Of a stretch of DNA of 64,000 bases, positions 37,711 to 51,537 are shown piece by piece; position 1 is the first letter of the stretch, and each line of letters starts with the position of its first letter. The notes beneath the pieces are model-generated. The model was not told where the DNA came from, did not search any database, and was given only the letters and a program-made list of their open reading frames with translations. The position numbers and the translations under genes are program-made. The stretch lies in assembly GCA_951406725.2 (NCBI GenBank), contig OX597815.1, forward strand, positions 58,900,001 through 58,964,000, given 5' to 3'. Source of the stretch: Octopus vulgaris. Its lineage: Eukaryota.

Positions 37711-38488
37711 CAAAACTCTGAATCCGTGAGATGCATTACGAATCTATAGCAATTGGAAGGGCATGATCTAACTGAAATCAACATTGACGACTGTATGATG
37801 TGAGGGCTAAGAAGAAATTAAAGTGTCACCTCTGGAGTTTGCAAATGACCAATATACTGATACGTAACTGGACAGAATAAATTTTCAATCTATAAATGTC
37901 TTTGAATAACCAGTCATTCACCTAGGAAGGCCTTGAAATCAATGTTACCATCTGGGGACTATGTGTGGCCTAGTGATAACAAAAAGGCTGAAAAGAGGTC
38001 TGCAATCAAATAACTTTAATCAACACTTTGCAACTGAATTGGTGGAGGCTTTTACTTGACAATTTATGCACCGCATTATAGAAATCACAATGTAAGTGTA
38101 TTTCAAAGCAAACTGTTACACTGTTGTACCATTGAATTAGAAATAATGCGCAACTTTAATGCTCGGGTAACCCTACAGCTTCAAAGAGCACAACAGTCTT
38201 TGTTGTTGCTTAGATAAAATTACAAAATTGTGGGTGTTAAGTCCCCATGAAGGGGTCTTTCTAACTTGTAAAAAGATGAAATTTTATAAATAATACTTCA
38301 TTTGTATCTAATATCTATGGTTAAAATTTCATCAACAGCAAAAATATATGAATTGTCATGGGGGTTATGGCCCTTATGCATAGAATATAATTTCCAAATT
38401 TCATAAAGATCCATTGAGTACTTTTGACCTAGTTTTGGATCATAAAAGAAATGACTAAAATTTGGGAGTTAAGGCTCCCATTATGGTG

Positions 38489-38895
<407 letters not shown>

Positions 38896-38898
38896 ATA

Positions 38899-41520
38899 TA
38901 TTGTTGTTGGCATCCTTTCTGTCTTGGGAGACAATGGAGTTGCGCATAAAATAATCTAGTCCAGCTTTTACATTTCATGTCCTAATACATCTGCTGAGGC
39001 TGTGTAGTCTTATCCTGGACAAACACTCCCTCTTGCAGGTGCCGCAGATGTAGCGAAGACTTTGCCTGGCTGGTTGTAATGTCATAGTTTCTTGTTGACG
39101 TCTTCTTGTCTTTCCATTTCTCCTCTCTCTCTGTATATCACTCCTTTGCGTTCCCACTTTTACGGTACATCGCCAATCTCCACAGTTGCTGGCAACTGCT
39201 TCCAAGTTGCTAATATTGTTGTTGCAGGTCTTCATGTCCCTTTTGCAAACATCCTCGTATCGTAAGAATGGTCTTCCCACAGACCTAGTGCACCTAGCAA
39301 GCTCTCCATAGAGTATGTCGTTGGGGATTCTGCCATCTTCCATACGGCTAACATGTCCAAGCCATCTCATATGTCTTTGTGCAGGGAGTGCAAACATGCT
39401 TGGTATTCCTGTTTGCTTGAGGACATCCTTGTTGGGGACATGATTCTGCCATTTGATGCCAAGGATTTTCCGGAAGCAGCACAGGTGAAAGATATTTAGG
39501 CGACGCTCTTGGCATGTGTATGGCATCCAAGTCTCACTTCCATACAGTAGAGTGCTAAGTATACATGCCTGGTAAATCTTCGTTTATGTGATCTTGGTCA
39601 GCTTATTGTTGTCCCATGCCCATTTGGAGAGTTGGGCCATCACAGCAGCTGCCTTGCCAATGCGTATATTGAGCTCAGCATCAAGAGATAGGTTGTAGGT
39701 GACGGTAGAGCCAAGATAGGTAAATTTCTCCACCTCCTGTAGTCTGTGGTCTGCAATATGTATGTTTGGGGTGACCGATGTAGCCTGACCCATGATGTTG
39801 GTCGTCTTGAGGCTGATAACTAAGCCAAAGTTGCCACATGCTTGCTCAAAACAGTTGATGAACCTTTGTAGGGCTTCTTGTGCATGTGATACCAGAGCGG
39901 CATCATCAGCAAATAGCATCTCCTTGATTAGGACGCTTCTGATTTTGGTCTTGGCACACAGACACAAGATATTGAACAGTTTCCCATCACTTCTACTGTG
40001 CAGAAACACTCCATTATCGATGTGCTCAAAGGCATGTGTCAGCAGCAGCGAGAAGATGATGCCAAACAATGTAGGAGCAAGGACACAACCTTGCTTTACC
40101 CCATTTTTTATTTGGAAGGTGGCTGATGTTGAACCATTGTGCTGTATGGTGCCTTGCATATCATCATGGAAAGATTTGATGATCCTCAGCAGCTTTGGTG
40201 GACATCCTATTTTTTGGAGCAGGAGGAAGAGGCCTTTTCTACTTACCAAGTCAAAGGCACTTGTCAGATCAATGAAGGCCATATATAATGACATTTTTTG
40301 CTCTCTGGACTTCTCCTGAAGGTGGCATATGGAGAATATCATGTCAATAGTTGATCTGCTTCTTCTAAAGGCACACTGCAACTCTGGATAAATTCGAGAA
40401 GCAAGCAGTTGAAGCCTGGACAGGATAATGCGAGCAAAGGCCTTTCCAACAGTGCTTAGAAGAGATATTCCACGGTAATTGTTACAATCACCACGGTCAC
40501 CTTTGTACTCTCTTCCCAGCACTGACACAGAAGCTCATGAAGGTGCCAAAGCAGGATGGTGTTTTTGCTTGTTTTGATGATCTCTAAAGGGATGTCGTTT
40601 TTTCCCTGAGCCTTGTTACTTGCTAGAGAGTCAATAGCCTTGGTGAGCTCTGCTATAGAAGGCAGACTGTCAACTTTGCACATGACTGGCAAGATCTTGA
40701 CACCCTCGATTGCAGCCTCAGCTACCGTGGTCTCCTGTGAGTAGAGATCCTGGTTGTACTCCACCCAACTATCCATTTGCTTGCTTTGGTCCTTGATGAG
40801 ATCCCCAGTAGTTGATTTCAGAGGGGCTGACTTGGTTGCGGATGGACCGAGAGCCTTCTTCAAACCGGCATACATCCTACGGGTGTCGCCACTGTCAGCA
40901 GTTGACTGGATACTCTGACAAATTTCCTGCCCATACCTATTTGCACAGCGTCTGGCAGTCAGTTGGGTTTTATTTCTTGCCTTTCTGAGTTCTTCGAGTG
41001 ACTTTGTAGAAGAATCACTCTTGTATTGCATCAGAGCTGCACGCTTTGCTTCGATAACTGGTTCCAGCTCTGAGAGACCAGCACTGAGCCAATCTGGGTT
41101 TTGCCTTTCTCTCATGCCGAAAGTATCTATTGATGTCGTATACAAAGCTTCCCTGATATAATTCCACCTACTTTCAGCAGAGGTTGGGCAGCTACTGAGG
41201 GCAACCTTGAGAGAAGCAGCAAAACATTGTCGCAGGGTAGGGTCCGAGGTTCTGGCAGTGTTAATGCATGGTCGGCCCATTTTCTTGGAGTGATGGACTT
41301 TTTTAGGCAGAATCCTCATCCTGCTTCTTATTAGTGAATGATCTGTGTCACAATCCGCGCTGTGGTAACTATGGGTCAGTTGAACAGAGTTTAGAAAGGA
41401 TCTTTGTGTAATGATGAGATCCAGCTGATGCCAGTGGTGAGATCTTGGATGTCTCCAAGATGCATTGAGGGATGTCTTGTTGAAAAAGAATGTGTTAGTG
41501 ATGCACCGGTTATGGTATGT
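38899..41520 (-). mobile_element. RTE-BovB-like LINE, 5'-truncated and degenerate
   Basis: NYRGISLLS, GVKQGCVLAPTLF, LFADD, DGRIP.DILYGEL, GRP.LRY.DVCKRDMK and a C-terminal C2H2-like motif. Short 3' UTR ending GGATGCCAACAACA. Confidence 0.9.
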
Positions 41521-41644
41521 GCAAAATTCACGTCATCTCTGACCATTGTCATTTATGTTGCTAATACCAAAACACATACACTTATATACATACATATATA
41601 TATATACAATTGATTTGTTTCAGTTCCTGTCTACGTAATACATG

Positions 41645-41689
<45 letters not shown>

Positions 41690-41705
<16 letters not shown>

Positions 41706-42080
41706 AAAGATAAATTGATAGATACAACTGAGTGGGCAAGGAAAAATATGAGAGTCTGTGTAGTGCTTTTTTATATTTTGATAAGCCTGGTACTTTTTCT
41801 ATCAGTTTCTTTTTGTGAAACCAGTAAGTTGTGGGGATGTAAATAAACGAACACCAGTTGTGAAGTAGTGATGAGGAAGAAACACAAAGACACACACATA
41901 GACTTACATATATACATACATATACATACAACTGATTTCTTTCAGTTTCTGTCTACAAAATCCCCTGACAAGGCTTTGGTTGGTCTGAGGCTATAGTAGA
42001 AGACACATGCCAAGTTACCACACAGTAGGACTGAACTGAAGACCATGTGTTTTGGAACCAAGTTTGTTACCTGCACCTAT
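41690..42080 (-). mobile_element. Degenerate tRNA-derived SINE
   Basis: ACAAGGCTTTGGTTGGTCTGAGGCTATAGTAGAAGACAC...GGACTGAAC matches the SINE family. Confidence 0.75.
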
Positions 42081-42276
42081 GTGTGTTTGGGTGTGTGTGT
42101 ATGTGTATATGAGTGTATATATATATGCATATATATATGTGTATACATATATATGTACATATTACATGTACATCTATATACATCTAGACATACATGTATA
42201 CACATACATGTATATCTATAGAAATACATCTATACATATACATGTATACATATACAGCTATATATATACATGTATA

Positions 42277-42314
<38 letters not shown>

Positions 42315-42340
42315 CATATATACATACATATACATACAAT

Positions 42341-42579
42341 AGAGAGTTGTTTTTGTTTCACTTTTAACATGTAAGACTGAAATAGTGGAGAAGATATGAT
42401 ATTGCTGTGGGCTCGCCCTAGGTAAGAAGTTAAACATTTTTTTTGCCCATGACATTCCATGGACCCTAAGTAAGGCATGTGTAAAATTTGAATGAAATTG
42501 GTTGTGTAGTTCTCAAGTTTTCAGGATTCACACAGACGGACAGACAGCAGACACACATTCTCAGTTTTATATATATAGA
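42341..42579 (-). mobile_element. Possible non-autonomous Helitron 5' end
   Basis: The minus strand begins A|TCTATATATATAAAA, followed by a (GTCT/GTCC)n microsatellite and CCAATTTCATTCAAATTTT, as in invertebrate non-autonomous Helitrons. No 3' CTAG hairpin found. Confidence 0.45.
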
Positions 42580-42584
42580 TATTA

Positions 42585-43628
42585 CATCATCATCATCATC
42601 ATCATCATCGTTTAACGTCCGTTCTCCATGCTAGCATGGGTTGGACGGTTCGACCGGGGATCTGGGAAGCCAGAAGGCTGCACCAGGCTCCGGTCTTATC
42701 TGGCAATGTTTCTACAGCTGGATGCCCTTCCTAACGCCAACCACTTTGTGAGTGTAGTGGGTGCTTTTTACGTGCCACCTGCACTGGTGCCAGGCGAGGC
42801 TGGCATCGGCCACGGTCGGATTGGTGCATTTTACGTGCCACCTGCACGGAAGCCAGTCGAGGCGGCACTGGCTTCGGCCACGATTCGGATGGTGCTTCTT
42901 ACGTGCCACCGACATGGAAGCCAGTTGATAGTGCTTTTTACATATCTCCAGTCCAGGGGTCCTGGCATCTGCCGGGTGCCAGTCATAGGATTGGTTCAAT
43001 TTCGATTCCGATTTCACTTGCCCCAACAGGTCTTCGCAAGCAAAGGGGGTAGGCATAGGTGCCTGTCGTCGGATGAGGTTCGATATCGACTTCGCTTGCC
43101 TCAACAGGTCTTTGTGTGTCCAAGGGAGGAAAGGCATGCATAAGTGGGCTGGACTCACTTGTCCTGCCTGGTCTTTTCACGCACAGCATATTTCCAAAGG
43201 TCTCGGTCGCTGGTCATTTCCTCAATGAGACCTAAAGTTCAAAGGTCGTGCTTCACCACCTCGTCCCAAGTTTTCCTGGGTCTACCTCTTCCACGAGTTC
43301 CCTCAACTGCTAGGGATTGGCACTTTTTCACACACCTATCTTCATCTATTCTCGCCACATGACCATACCAGCGCAATCGGCTCTCTTGCACACCACAACT
43401 GATGCTCCTTAGGTCCAACATTTCTCTCAGGGTACTAATGCTCCGTCGAGCATGCACACTGACATTACACATCCATCGGAGCATACTGGCTTCATTTCTC
43501 GCGAGCTTACGCATGTCCTCAGCAGTCACGGCCCATGTTTCACTGCCATGTAGCATGGCTGTTCGTACACATGCATCATACAGTCTGCCTTTTACTCTGA
43601 GCGAGAGGCCTTTAGTCACCAGCAGAGG
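42585..43628 (-). mobile_element. RTE LINE 3' end (ORF C-terminus, 3' UTR, (GAT)n tail)
   Basis: LPLLVTKGLSLRVKGRLYDACVRTAMLHGSETW...GRGRPRKTWDEVVKHDL, then 3' UTR and (CAT)n on the plus strand. Confidence 0.92.
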
Positions 43629-43690
43629 TAATATATATATATGTATATATATATATGTATAAATGTATATATATATATATATATGTATAA

Positions 43691-43729
<39 letters not shown>

Positions 43730-44026
43730 GAATGAACTAGGAACCATATGGTTTTGAAGTGAACTTTTTAATCTTGTACCCATACTTGCGCGAATATGGG
43801 TGTAACTTTTCTGATGAGGCAAGGGGTGGATAACAATTGACAGCTAAGCGTGACAATTTGACAACATTGAATAGGACTGTGAATTCAAATCTATGAACTA
43901 TCGTCTGATACGAATGTAATGCAACGTATTAGTATTTGTGGAAGCTTTACCAATAATGCAGTAGTACAGTACCAGAGTCATAACATAACTATATTATGTC
44001 TTCGGTTTAATTCCATATTCAAGATT

Positions 44027-44393
44027 GGGATCTTTTCGGTTTGAAAATTATGACCCTAGTATCGATCTATTGCATTTCAATCTGGGTTAGGGTTAGGGCT
44101 GGGGGGAAGGGTATCTTTTTTTCTTCACAAATGTAAATCCAATCTGTTTCTTAAACGAGGAACATATTCATACGGCACAGAATGTTTTTTAACTCAATAG
44201 ATGTAATTGATTGGTTGAAATTGCAGAAATTGAAGAAAAAAAACAACAAATATCTTACAAACTATAGAATTTTCTCGATAAAGCCAAGCGAAAAAGATGT
44301 TTTATAAACACATTCTACCAGTATACGAAGTTTTAAATTTTTTAGTTACCTAGAAATTATGTTAAAAACTGCCGTTCAAACCGAAAAGATCCC
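44027..44393. mobile_element. 367-bp MITE with 19-bp perfect TIRs and 6-bp TSD
   Basis: GGGATCTTTTCGGTTTGAA (44027-44045) and TTCAAACCGAAAAGATCCC (44375-44393). AAGATT on both sides (44021-44026 and 44394-44399). Confidence 0.92.
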
Positions 44394-45519
44394 AAGATTG
44401 TTTACTTCTTGACGTAAATGGAAATAAAATAGATAACGCTCAAAGTTAAAGATAAGTGTTTAACAAAGACTGTAACATTTCTAGATATACAGTCTCATAA
44501 AACTTCATATTCTATACCAGGTAATCTTTTACACCATCAAAAGATTATAATTCAAGCAAACTGCAACTTCAAACGACATCGTATATTTCATGATTTTTTT
44601 TTAACTTCCAACTAACGTGCATACTAACTGTATCCGTGCAAATTTCCGTGGATACTACTAGTTATATTTTACATACAAACTATTGAAAGAGTACAGAATC
44701 CCTAAAAAGAAACATTAATACAGAGCCGTTACTTTATGCATGCAGATCAGGGAACAACGTTAATACCTATTTTTTTGTTTTTCTATGGTAAATGTTTTTC
44801 ACAAGACACAAAATATAATTTGCGTACACACACACACACATATGCAATAGTCTAGTTTATTAAACAAACAATAACAAAAATCATGTCAAAAACGTTCAAA
44901 GATGAACAAAATTTTAAACGGCGAAGTTAAACATTTCTCGCATAATCTAATTATTTACGCGTTGAAAACAAATCCAAAGAAATTATCGAACTATCAAAAA
45001 GTAAAGTCGCAGCCGATTATAATGAAGCAATTCGATTAGAATTCCGCCCAGGTTTATCTCAAATAGTGCTTGTTTTCAATATTTATATGAATTAATTAAA
45101 CTACGAAATTTATATATTGACGTTACTGCTATTTCTAGGTTTGGGTAGACAGCAGTAATTACATGCATACACGAATCTGTCACTAGTTATTTTGTTTATA
45201 TCAACTCTGATCAAGCAGACCTATGATCGAAATCATTCCACCCATAGCAATCCCATTTTTATTTTTCATACCTAAGATTTCGATGGATTTTAATAACTAA
45301 ATTGTAATTTCTGGGATGTTGGGTGAAAGAAGTTAAGCTCTAGATCTCTGATCCAGCAAATCAAAGGTTTTCAACATCCCATCTTTAATTTTTCAGACTA
45401 AATCATCCGGCAGATTTCTGGAATAGCTATCCGGAAAGGACTGTAAAAAGATGAGATGGTCGTGACTGGAACGTCTTTTAAAAAACGCAATCGGAAAGAC
45501 GATATATATATTATTTATA

Positions 45520-45667
45520 AGGTCCAGCTTGCATCTACTTTGTGCAAGTTCCTCAGACTCTTTGGGAGAATATTAAAAAGCTGTGGTCCCTTGAAACCCA
45601 GTCTGTTGCAGTAACTGGTCCTGAAGCGTGATGGCATTGCTGGGATCTTTGACACTATGCAGTGTCA
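45520..45667 (-). mobile_element. Short CR1-group ORF2 C-terminal fragment (third lineage)
   Basis: Minus-strand translation [41 protein letters not shown]. Confidence 0.8.
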
Positions 45668-45737
45668 TACATACATAGGCATGTAGGCGTGTATACGTGT
45701 GTATGTGTATATGTGTGCATGTTTGTGTGTGTATATA

Positions 45738-45775
<38 letters not shown>

Positions 45776-45963
45776 TATATATATATATGTGTGTGTGTGT
45801 GTATGTATATGTGTGTGTATATGTGTGTATGTATATGTGTGTGTATATGTATGTGTGTGTATGTGCATATGTTTGTATATATGTGCGTGTATGTAGTAAT
45901 GTATGTGTGTGTGTACACGAGTATATATTTATGTGTATGTATATGCATATGTATATGTTTATG

Positions 45964-46010
<47 letters not shown>

Positions 46011-46101
46011 GCATATGTGCGTGTATCTATATGTGTGTGTATGTATGTATGTATGTATATGTGTATATGTATATATATGTATGCATGTGTGTATTTATGT
46101 G

Positions 46102-46132
<31 letters not shown>

Positions 46133-46619
46133 ATGTGTAAGTATGAGTATATGCATATGTATGTATGTATATGTGTATATGTATATGTATATATACGTAT
46201 GCTTGTATATATTTATGTATATGTGTGTGCGTGTGTATGTGTATGCATGTGTATATGCATGTATATATTTATGTATGCGTATGTGTATTTATATATATAT
46301 ATATACTTGTATACTTGTGTATGGGTGTATGTATGTGTATATATATATATGTATATATATATATGTATATGTATGTATATGTATGGACTTAGGTATATAT
46401 ATGTATATGCATGTATATGCATATATATATGTGTATATGTATGGACTTGTAGACTTTTATATATGTATATATATATATATGCATGTGTTTATGTATGTAT
46501 GTATATGTGTATATGTATGTGTATATATATGTATGCTTGTACGTATTTATGTATATGTGTGTGCGTGTGTATGTGTATGCATGTGTATATGCATGTATAT
46601 ATTTATGTATGCGTAAGTG

Positions 46620-46658
<39 letters not shown>

Positions 46659-46717
46659 TTTTATACTTGTGTATGGGTGTATGTATGTATATATATGTAT
46701 ATATATATATATATATA

Positions 46718-47890
46718 TATGTTAATAAAATATATGCATATATATAAACATATATGTACGTACCTACCTCTACATGTACATATACACGCATATATGTGTA
46801 CAGGACACCAAAAAGACGTCGAACACATAGAGAGACGAAAAACATAGACACAAACCAAGGAACAAGACAGGCAAAAAAAGGAGATACAGGACAATAAGCA
46901 CAACGAAAAATCCCCTTCTTCAGTCGCTAAAGTTTCATCTACTAAACGTTTCGAAGGATAAAAGCGAGACGTATACTTCGAATGAAAAATTCCTTCCTGC
47001 GAAAAGCAAATCAATTAAAATTCTGAGATCTTGTCGCAGAGGGGTAAAAAAAGCAAGACGGTAACGACAGTACAAACATATAAACAGTAAAAAATATATA
47101 TATAAACAGTGGAAAAATAAATATATAACAGTGAGAGACAGGACAAGGAGAACAAGATAAGAAGGGCTGTTAACGCCAGACGAAAAAAAGTATTGCAAAC
47201 GCTGGATTATAGTGGACGACGAGAGAGGAAGATGTCGACCAGTGGCCTTAGAAGGCGGGCGAGAAAGGACGGGATAGCAGTTACGACGGAAGTACGTCGC
47301 AGATGGACGACGGGAATGGGGGAGGAGGAGCAAGAGGAAGAGAGAGAAGAAGGGGAATGGTGCGAGGAGACCATGAAGAACAGTGAGGGGGAGAGAGAGA
47401 GGAAGAGACAAGTTAAGTGAGGGAAAAAAGACGAAAAAGGGAATGGGAGAGAAAGAAAGAAAGATGCAGAGTCGCGTGAGAGTTAATATCAAGGCGAACT
47501 TGATAAACAGAACAATCTTACTTAATAGGGTGCGTGCGTTTAGTCGTATAATATGTTAATAAAATATATGCATATATATAAACATATATGTACGTACCTA
47601 CCTCTACATGTACATATACACGCATATATGTGTACAGGACACCAAAAAGACGTCGAACACATAGAGAGACGAAAAACATAGACACAAACCAAGGAACAAG
47701 ACAGGCAAAAAAAGGAGATACAGGACAATAAGCACAACGAAAAATCCCCTTCTTCAGTCGCTAAAGTTTCATCTACTAAACGTTTCGAAGGATAAAAGCG
47801 AGACGTATACTTCGAATGAAAAATTCCTTCCTGCGAAAAGCAAATCAATTAAAATTCTGAGATCTTGTCGCAGAGGGGTAAAAAAAGCAA
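46718..47890. repeat. Element with two essentially identical ~340-bp direct repeats around a ~500-bp purine-rich core
   Basis: 46718-47056 matches 47551-47890 (TGTTAATAAAATATATGC...GGGGTAAAAAAAGCAA); lies within (TA/TG)n. Confidence 0.88.
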
Positions 47891-48034
47891 ATATATATAT
47901 ATATATATGTATGTATGTATATGTATGGACTTGTAGACTTTTATATAGGTATATATATATATGTGTGTATGTGTGTAGATATACGTATGTGTATTTATAT
48001 ATGCATATGCTTATATATTTGTGTATGGATGTAA

Positions 48035-48074
<40 letters not shown>

Positions 48075-48443
48075 ACTTGTAGATTTTTGTATGGGTATAT
48101 ATGTATGTGTATATGTGTAGATATGTATATGTATGTACGTGTACATATGTGTATGTATGTGCATGTATGTATATGTCTGTATGTATGTATATGCATGTAT
48201 GCATTTATGTATACATGTATGCATGCATGTGTGCATATATGTATTTATATGCGTATGGATGTGTATGTATATTTATATGCACATATGTTTTTATATGTGC
48301 ATATGCGTTTATATATGCGTGCAGATATTTATGTGTGTTTATGTGTACAGAAGTACGTTTATATGTGTGTGTTTATATATGCATAATTATGTATATGTTT
48401 ATGTGAACGTGTGTACATTTATGTATGTATGCATACGTGTATT

Positions 48444-48476
<33 letters not shown>

Positions 48477-49454
48477 GTGTGCATGTAGTGTGTATATATA
48501 TATATATATATGTGTGCATGTAGTGTATAAGTGGATGAGGAGGAAATGAGTGAGAGAACATGTGTGTGTGTGTGAGTGTGTGCGTGTGTGCGTTTAAGGG
48601 AAGGGAGAGGGGAGTAGAAGAAGGAATCCCTTTGGCCTGCTGGAACCCCAGGGGAGTTCTAGGAAATAGCGTCACTGAATGTGTGTCGGTGGGCGGGCAG
48701 GTCATAAATTATACCTTTTATGATTTTGAGGATGGGCAGATGCCATTTTTGGGTCTAAGAACTTCATCTACTTTGTATGATTGTACTGTGGAGGTGTGTG
48801 TGTGAGTCTGTGTGTGTGTTTTTGTGTGTGTGTGTGTGTGTGTGTGTCTGTGTGTATAGAGTAGGGGAGAGACAAATAGAGAAAAGGGAAAATAAAAATA
48901 AAATAAGGGAGGAAGATGAGGAGGAAAAAATGTGTGTGTGTATATGTGGGTATATATGTGTATATATATATATATATATGTGCGTGTGTTTGCGTGTTTG
49001 CATGTATGTGTATGTGTATTTGTATATATGTGTATATATATGTATGTATATATATATGTATGTATATATATATGTATATATATATATATGTGCTTGTGTA
49101 TTTATATGTATGTGTGTGTGTGTCTGTATGTATATACATGGGCATATGTATATGTAAATATATGGATATTCACATGTGTATGTATGTGGGTTTGTATGTA
49201 TATTTATTCTTTATGTTTTTTCATGTATATTTATCTACTTTCTCCCTCCACTTAACAACAACAAACTGACTAAAAGCAATTGTCTTCTAATTTACCTAAA
49301 ACTCTATTTATTCATTTATTTAATTTATCACTGATTCTTTTGACCACTCCCCTAAGAACGATAGTTTGTGCCCTGCTTACCCAAAAAACGTCCCCCACCA
49401 CCACCCCATTAAATCTGCCTAAATGTATAAATACCAGACCTTATTTTGACAGCC

Positions 49455-49505
49455 AGCTTCCTGAAGATTTCATTTGAATGAAACAGTTCTAGTCCTGTAG
49501 AAGCT
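49455..49505 (+). ncRNA. Type I hammerhead ribozyme motif
   Basis: AGCTTC-CTGAAGA-T TTC ATTT GAA T-GAA-ACAG TTCTAGTC CTGT-A-GAAGCT: stem I 6 bp, stem III 4 bp, GUA cleavage triplet, weak stem II. Confidence 0.7.
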
Positions 49506-50256
49506 CCTTCCATAAAATAATATATATATTATATAATAATAATATTAGGGAGTATAACTCTAAACCTACAGGGAAAAAATCAAATGTAGTATTGAATCCA
49601 ATTTCACAATATAAATGTATATGTAACTTAGAGAAAAAACCACTATTATGCAATTCAAACAATGATAGACATAAACCAAATCATAAAATTTGTATAATAC
49701 ATATAACTAGATCACAAAAATTATAAAAATGAATAATCAATATATAGTATGTAAAAAAAGGAATAAGAATAACTTAAATGCAATCTATATAGGGTCTACT
49801 TCTTGTAAAATTAAAGTAAGAGTAGCTCAGCTTATGTATTCCTTTAAAAATAGAAATCTTATGAACTCTACTGGGCCCAGTAAATATATTTAGGAACATA
49901 AATCTCAACAAATTAAGTATAATTTAAAGTGGGAGATAGTTTGCAAGGGGAAATCATATAGTATAAGTTGTAATTCCTGTTTATTATGTTCTAGTGTATT
50001 TAAAGAAATAATATTTAATAATCATAATAAATTAGTTAATTTATTGGATGAGTGTAAAATTAAATGTAGACACAAATTACTTATATAATAGAGTGGTTGT
50101 ATAAAGTCAACATAACGTGACAGTCCCATAGAGGGAATTACACCACCGCTATATAGCCCTAGGAAGCACCGACGCTTCCTGTCAGCTTTAACACATTTCC
50201 TCTGTCCTTATATTTGCAAAGGGGAGGCAAGCACCCCCACCAGCTAGGACCAGCAA

Positions 50257-50296
50257 CCTGAAGACATGCATGTTTCTGGGTATTTCCCATCATCAG
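50257..50296 (-). ncRNA. Hammerhead core, antisense copy lacking the 5' strand of stem I
   Basis: The minus strand reads CTGATGA-TGGG AAATA CCCA-GAAAC ATGCAT GTC-TTCAGG. Confidence 0.6.
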
Positions 50297-50318
50297 GCCG
50301 CTTGCGGGGACATGCTAC

Positions 50319-50364
50319 CCTGGACTGATGACGGGCAATACCCAGAAACATGCATGTCTTCAGG
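50319..50364 (+). ncRNA. Minimal type I hammerhead ribozyme with palindromic stem III
   Basis: CCTGGA-CTGATGA-C GGG CAATA CCC A-GAAAC ATGCAT GTC-TTCAGG. Confidence 0.75.
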
Positions 50365-51537
50365 TTGCTGGTCCTAGCTGGTGGGAATGCTTGCCTCCCC
50401 TTTGCAAATATAAGGACACAGGAAATGTGTCCAAGCCGGCAGGAAGCGTTGAGGCTTCCTAGGGCTATATAGCGGTGGTGTAATTCCCTCTACGGGACCG
50501 TCACGTTATGTTGGCATTATGCAACCACTCTATCGCTCCACCACCGCTCATGTCTCTTTGAGACATTTAGAAATTCAATGTTTCTAATTACTTATATAAT
50601 AAATTTTTAGATAAATAGTGAATATATTTAAACCTTATTTTTGTTTCTAATTTGTAGTTATAATTTGTACTAGTATTAATTCTATGATTTAGCATGTGAT
50701 TATATATTGTATATCACATAATTGAATATTTATTATTAAATTAATAAATAAATTAAGTAATTAATTAAAATACATTTTTCTATCTATTTACTCTATTTTT
50801 TTACCTTGAATATTTAACATAATAAATGTATTGTAGGCAACTGATCCTAATGTTTTAAGTTTCATATTTAGTTAATGGAGTTTCTTCTATAAGAAAAATC
50901 ATCATTTTATTTTTTATAATAGATATTAACTCTATTTGCTTATTTATTTAACTATTACTGTTAACCTGAAGAGTGACTATAATTTTAAATTGAATTGATT
51001 TTCGATTAAATTTAAATTTAATTGTAATTCAAATTTGATTATGTCATGAAATGTACATAGTTTTTTTTACTTATATATTGATTATTCATATTTATACTTT
51101 TTGTGGTCTAGTTATGTTTTATAAAAATATATTTTATTTTTATTTATGATTTGGTTTATGTCTATCATTGTTTGAATTGCATAATAGTGTTTTTTTTCTC
51201 TGATTTATGTTATATATATATATATCACATATATATATATTATTTAATTTATAATATATATATATATTATCATGTATATATATATGTATCCATGTATATA
51301 TATATGTATACATATATATATATACATATATATATATGTATACATATATATATATGTATACATATATATATATATATATATTATCATGTATATATATTAC
51401 GGAGATGTACTCGCATAGCAAGTAATTTGATCTGAGATCGTGTGCTGAAACGAAAACAATTGCAGCGTGGAAGGTGTTTATAAGCCATTTAAGAAACACA
51501 CAAAAGCCGTTCGATTCACTCCAACATTTAAGTTTAA

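Larger units (their letters stand above)
50088..50533. repeat. Inverted repeat with two 209-bp arms and a 28-bp spacer (Penelope-like pLTR-type fold-back)
   Basis: 50088-50296 is the reverse complement of 50325-50533 with scattered mismatches; each inner end carries a hammerhead core. Confidence 0.9.

Noticed and set aside
44630-44665. CCGTG...CTACTAGT as a Helitron 3' end
   Set aside because: The hairpin is poor and I found no matching 5' end.
48600-48790. Short unique island, possibly a Penelope-like coding relic or an exon
   Set aside because: No convincing motif or splice-site pair.
50963-51062. CTGAAGA-GTGAC...GTCAT-GAAATGTACATA as a stand-alone ribozyme
   Set aside because: Stem I is only 3 bp and stem II has a ~65-nt AT-rich insert. 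Kept only as a weak member of the cluster.
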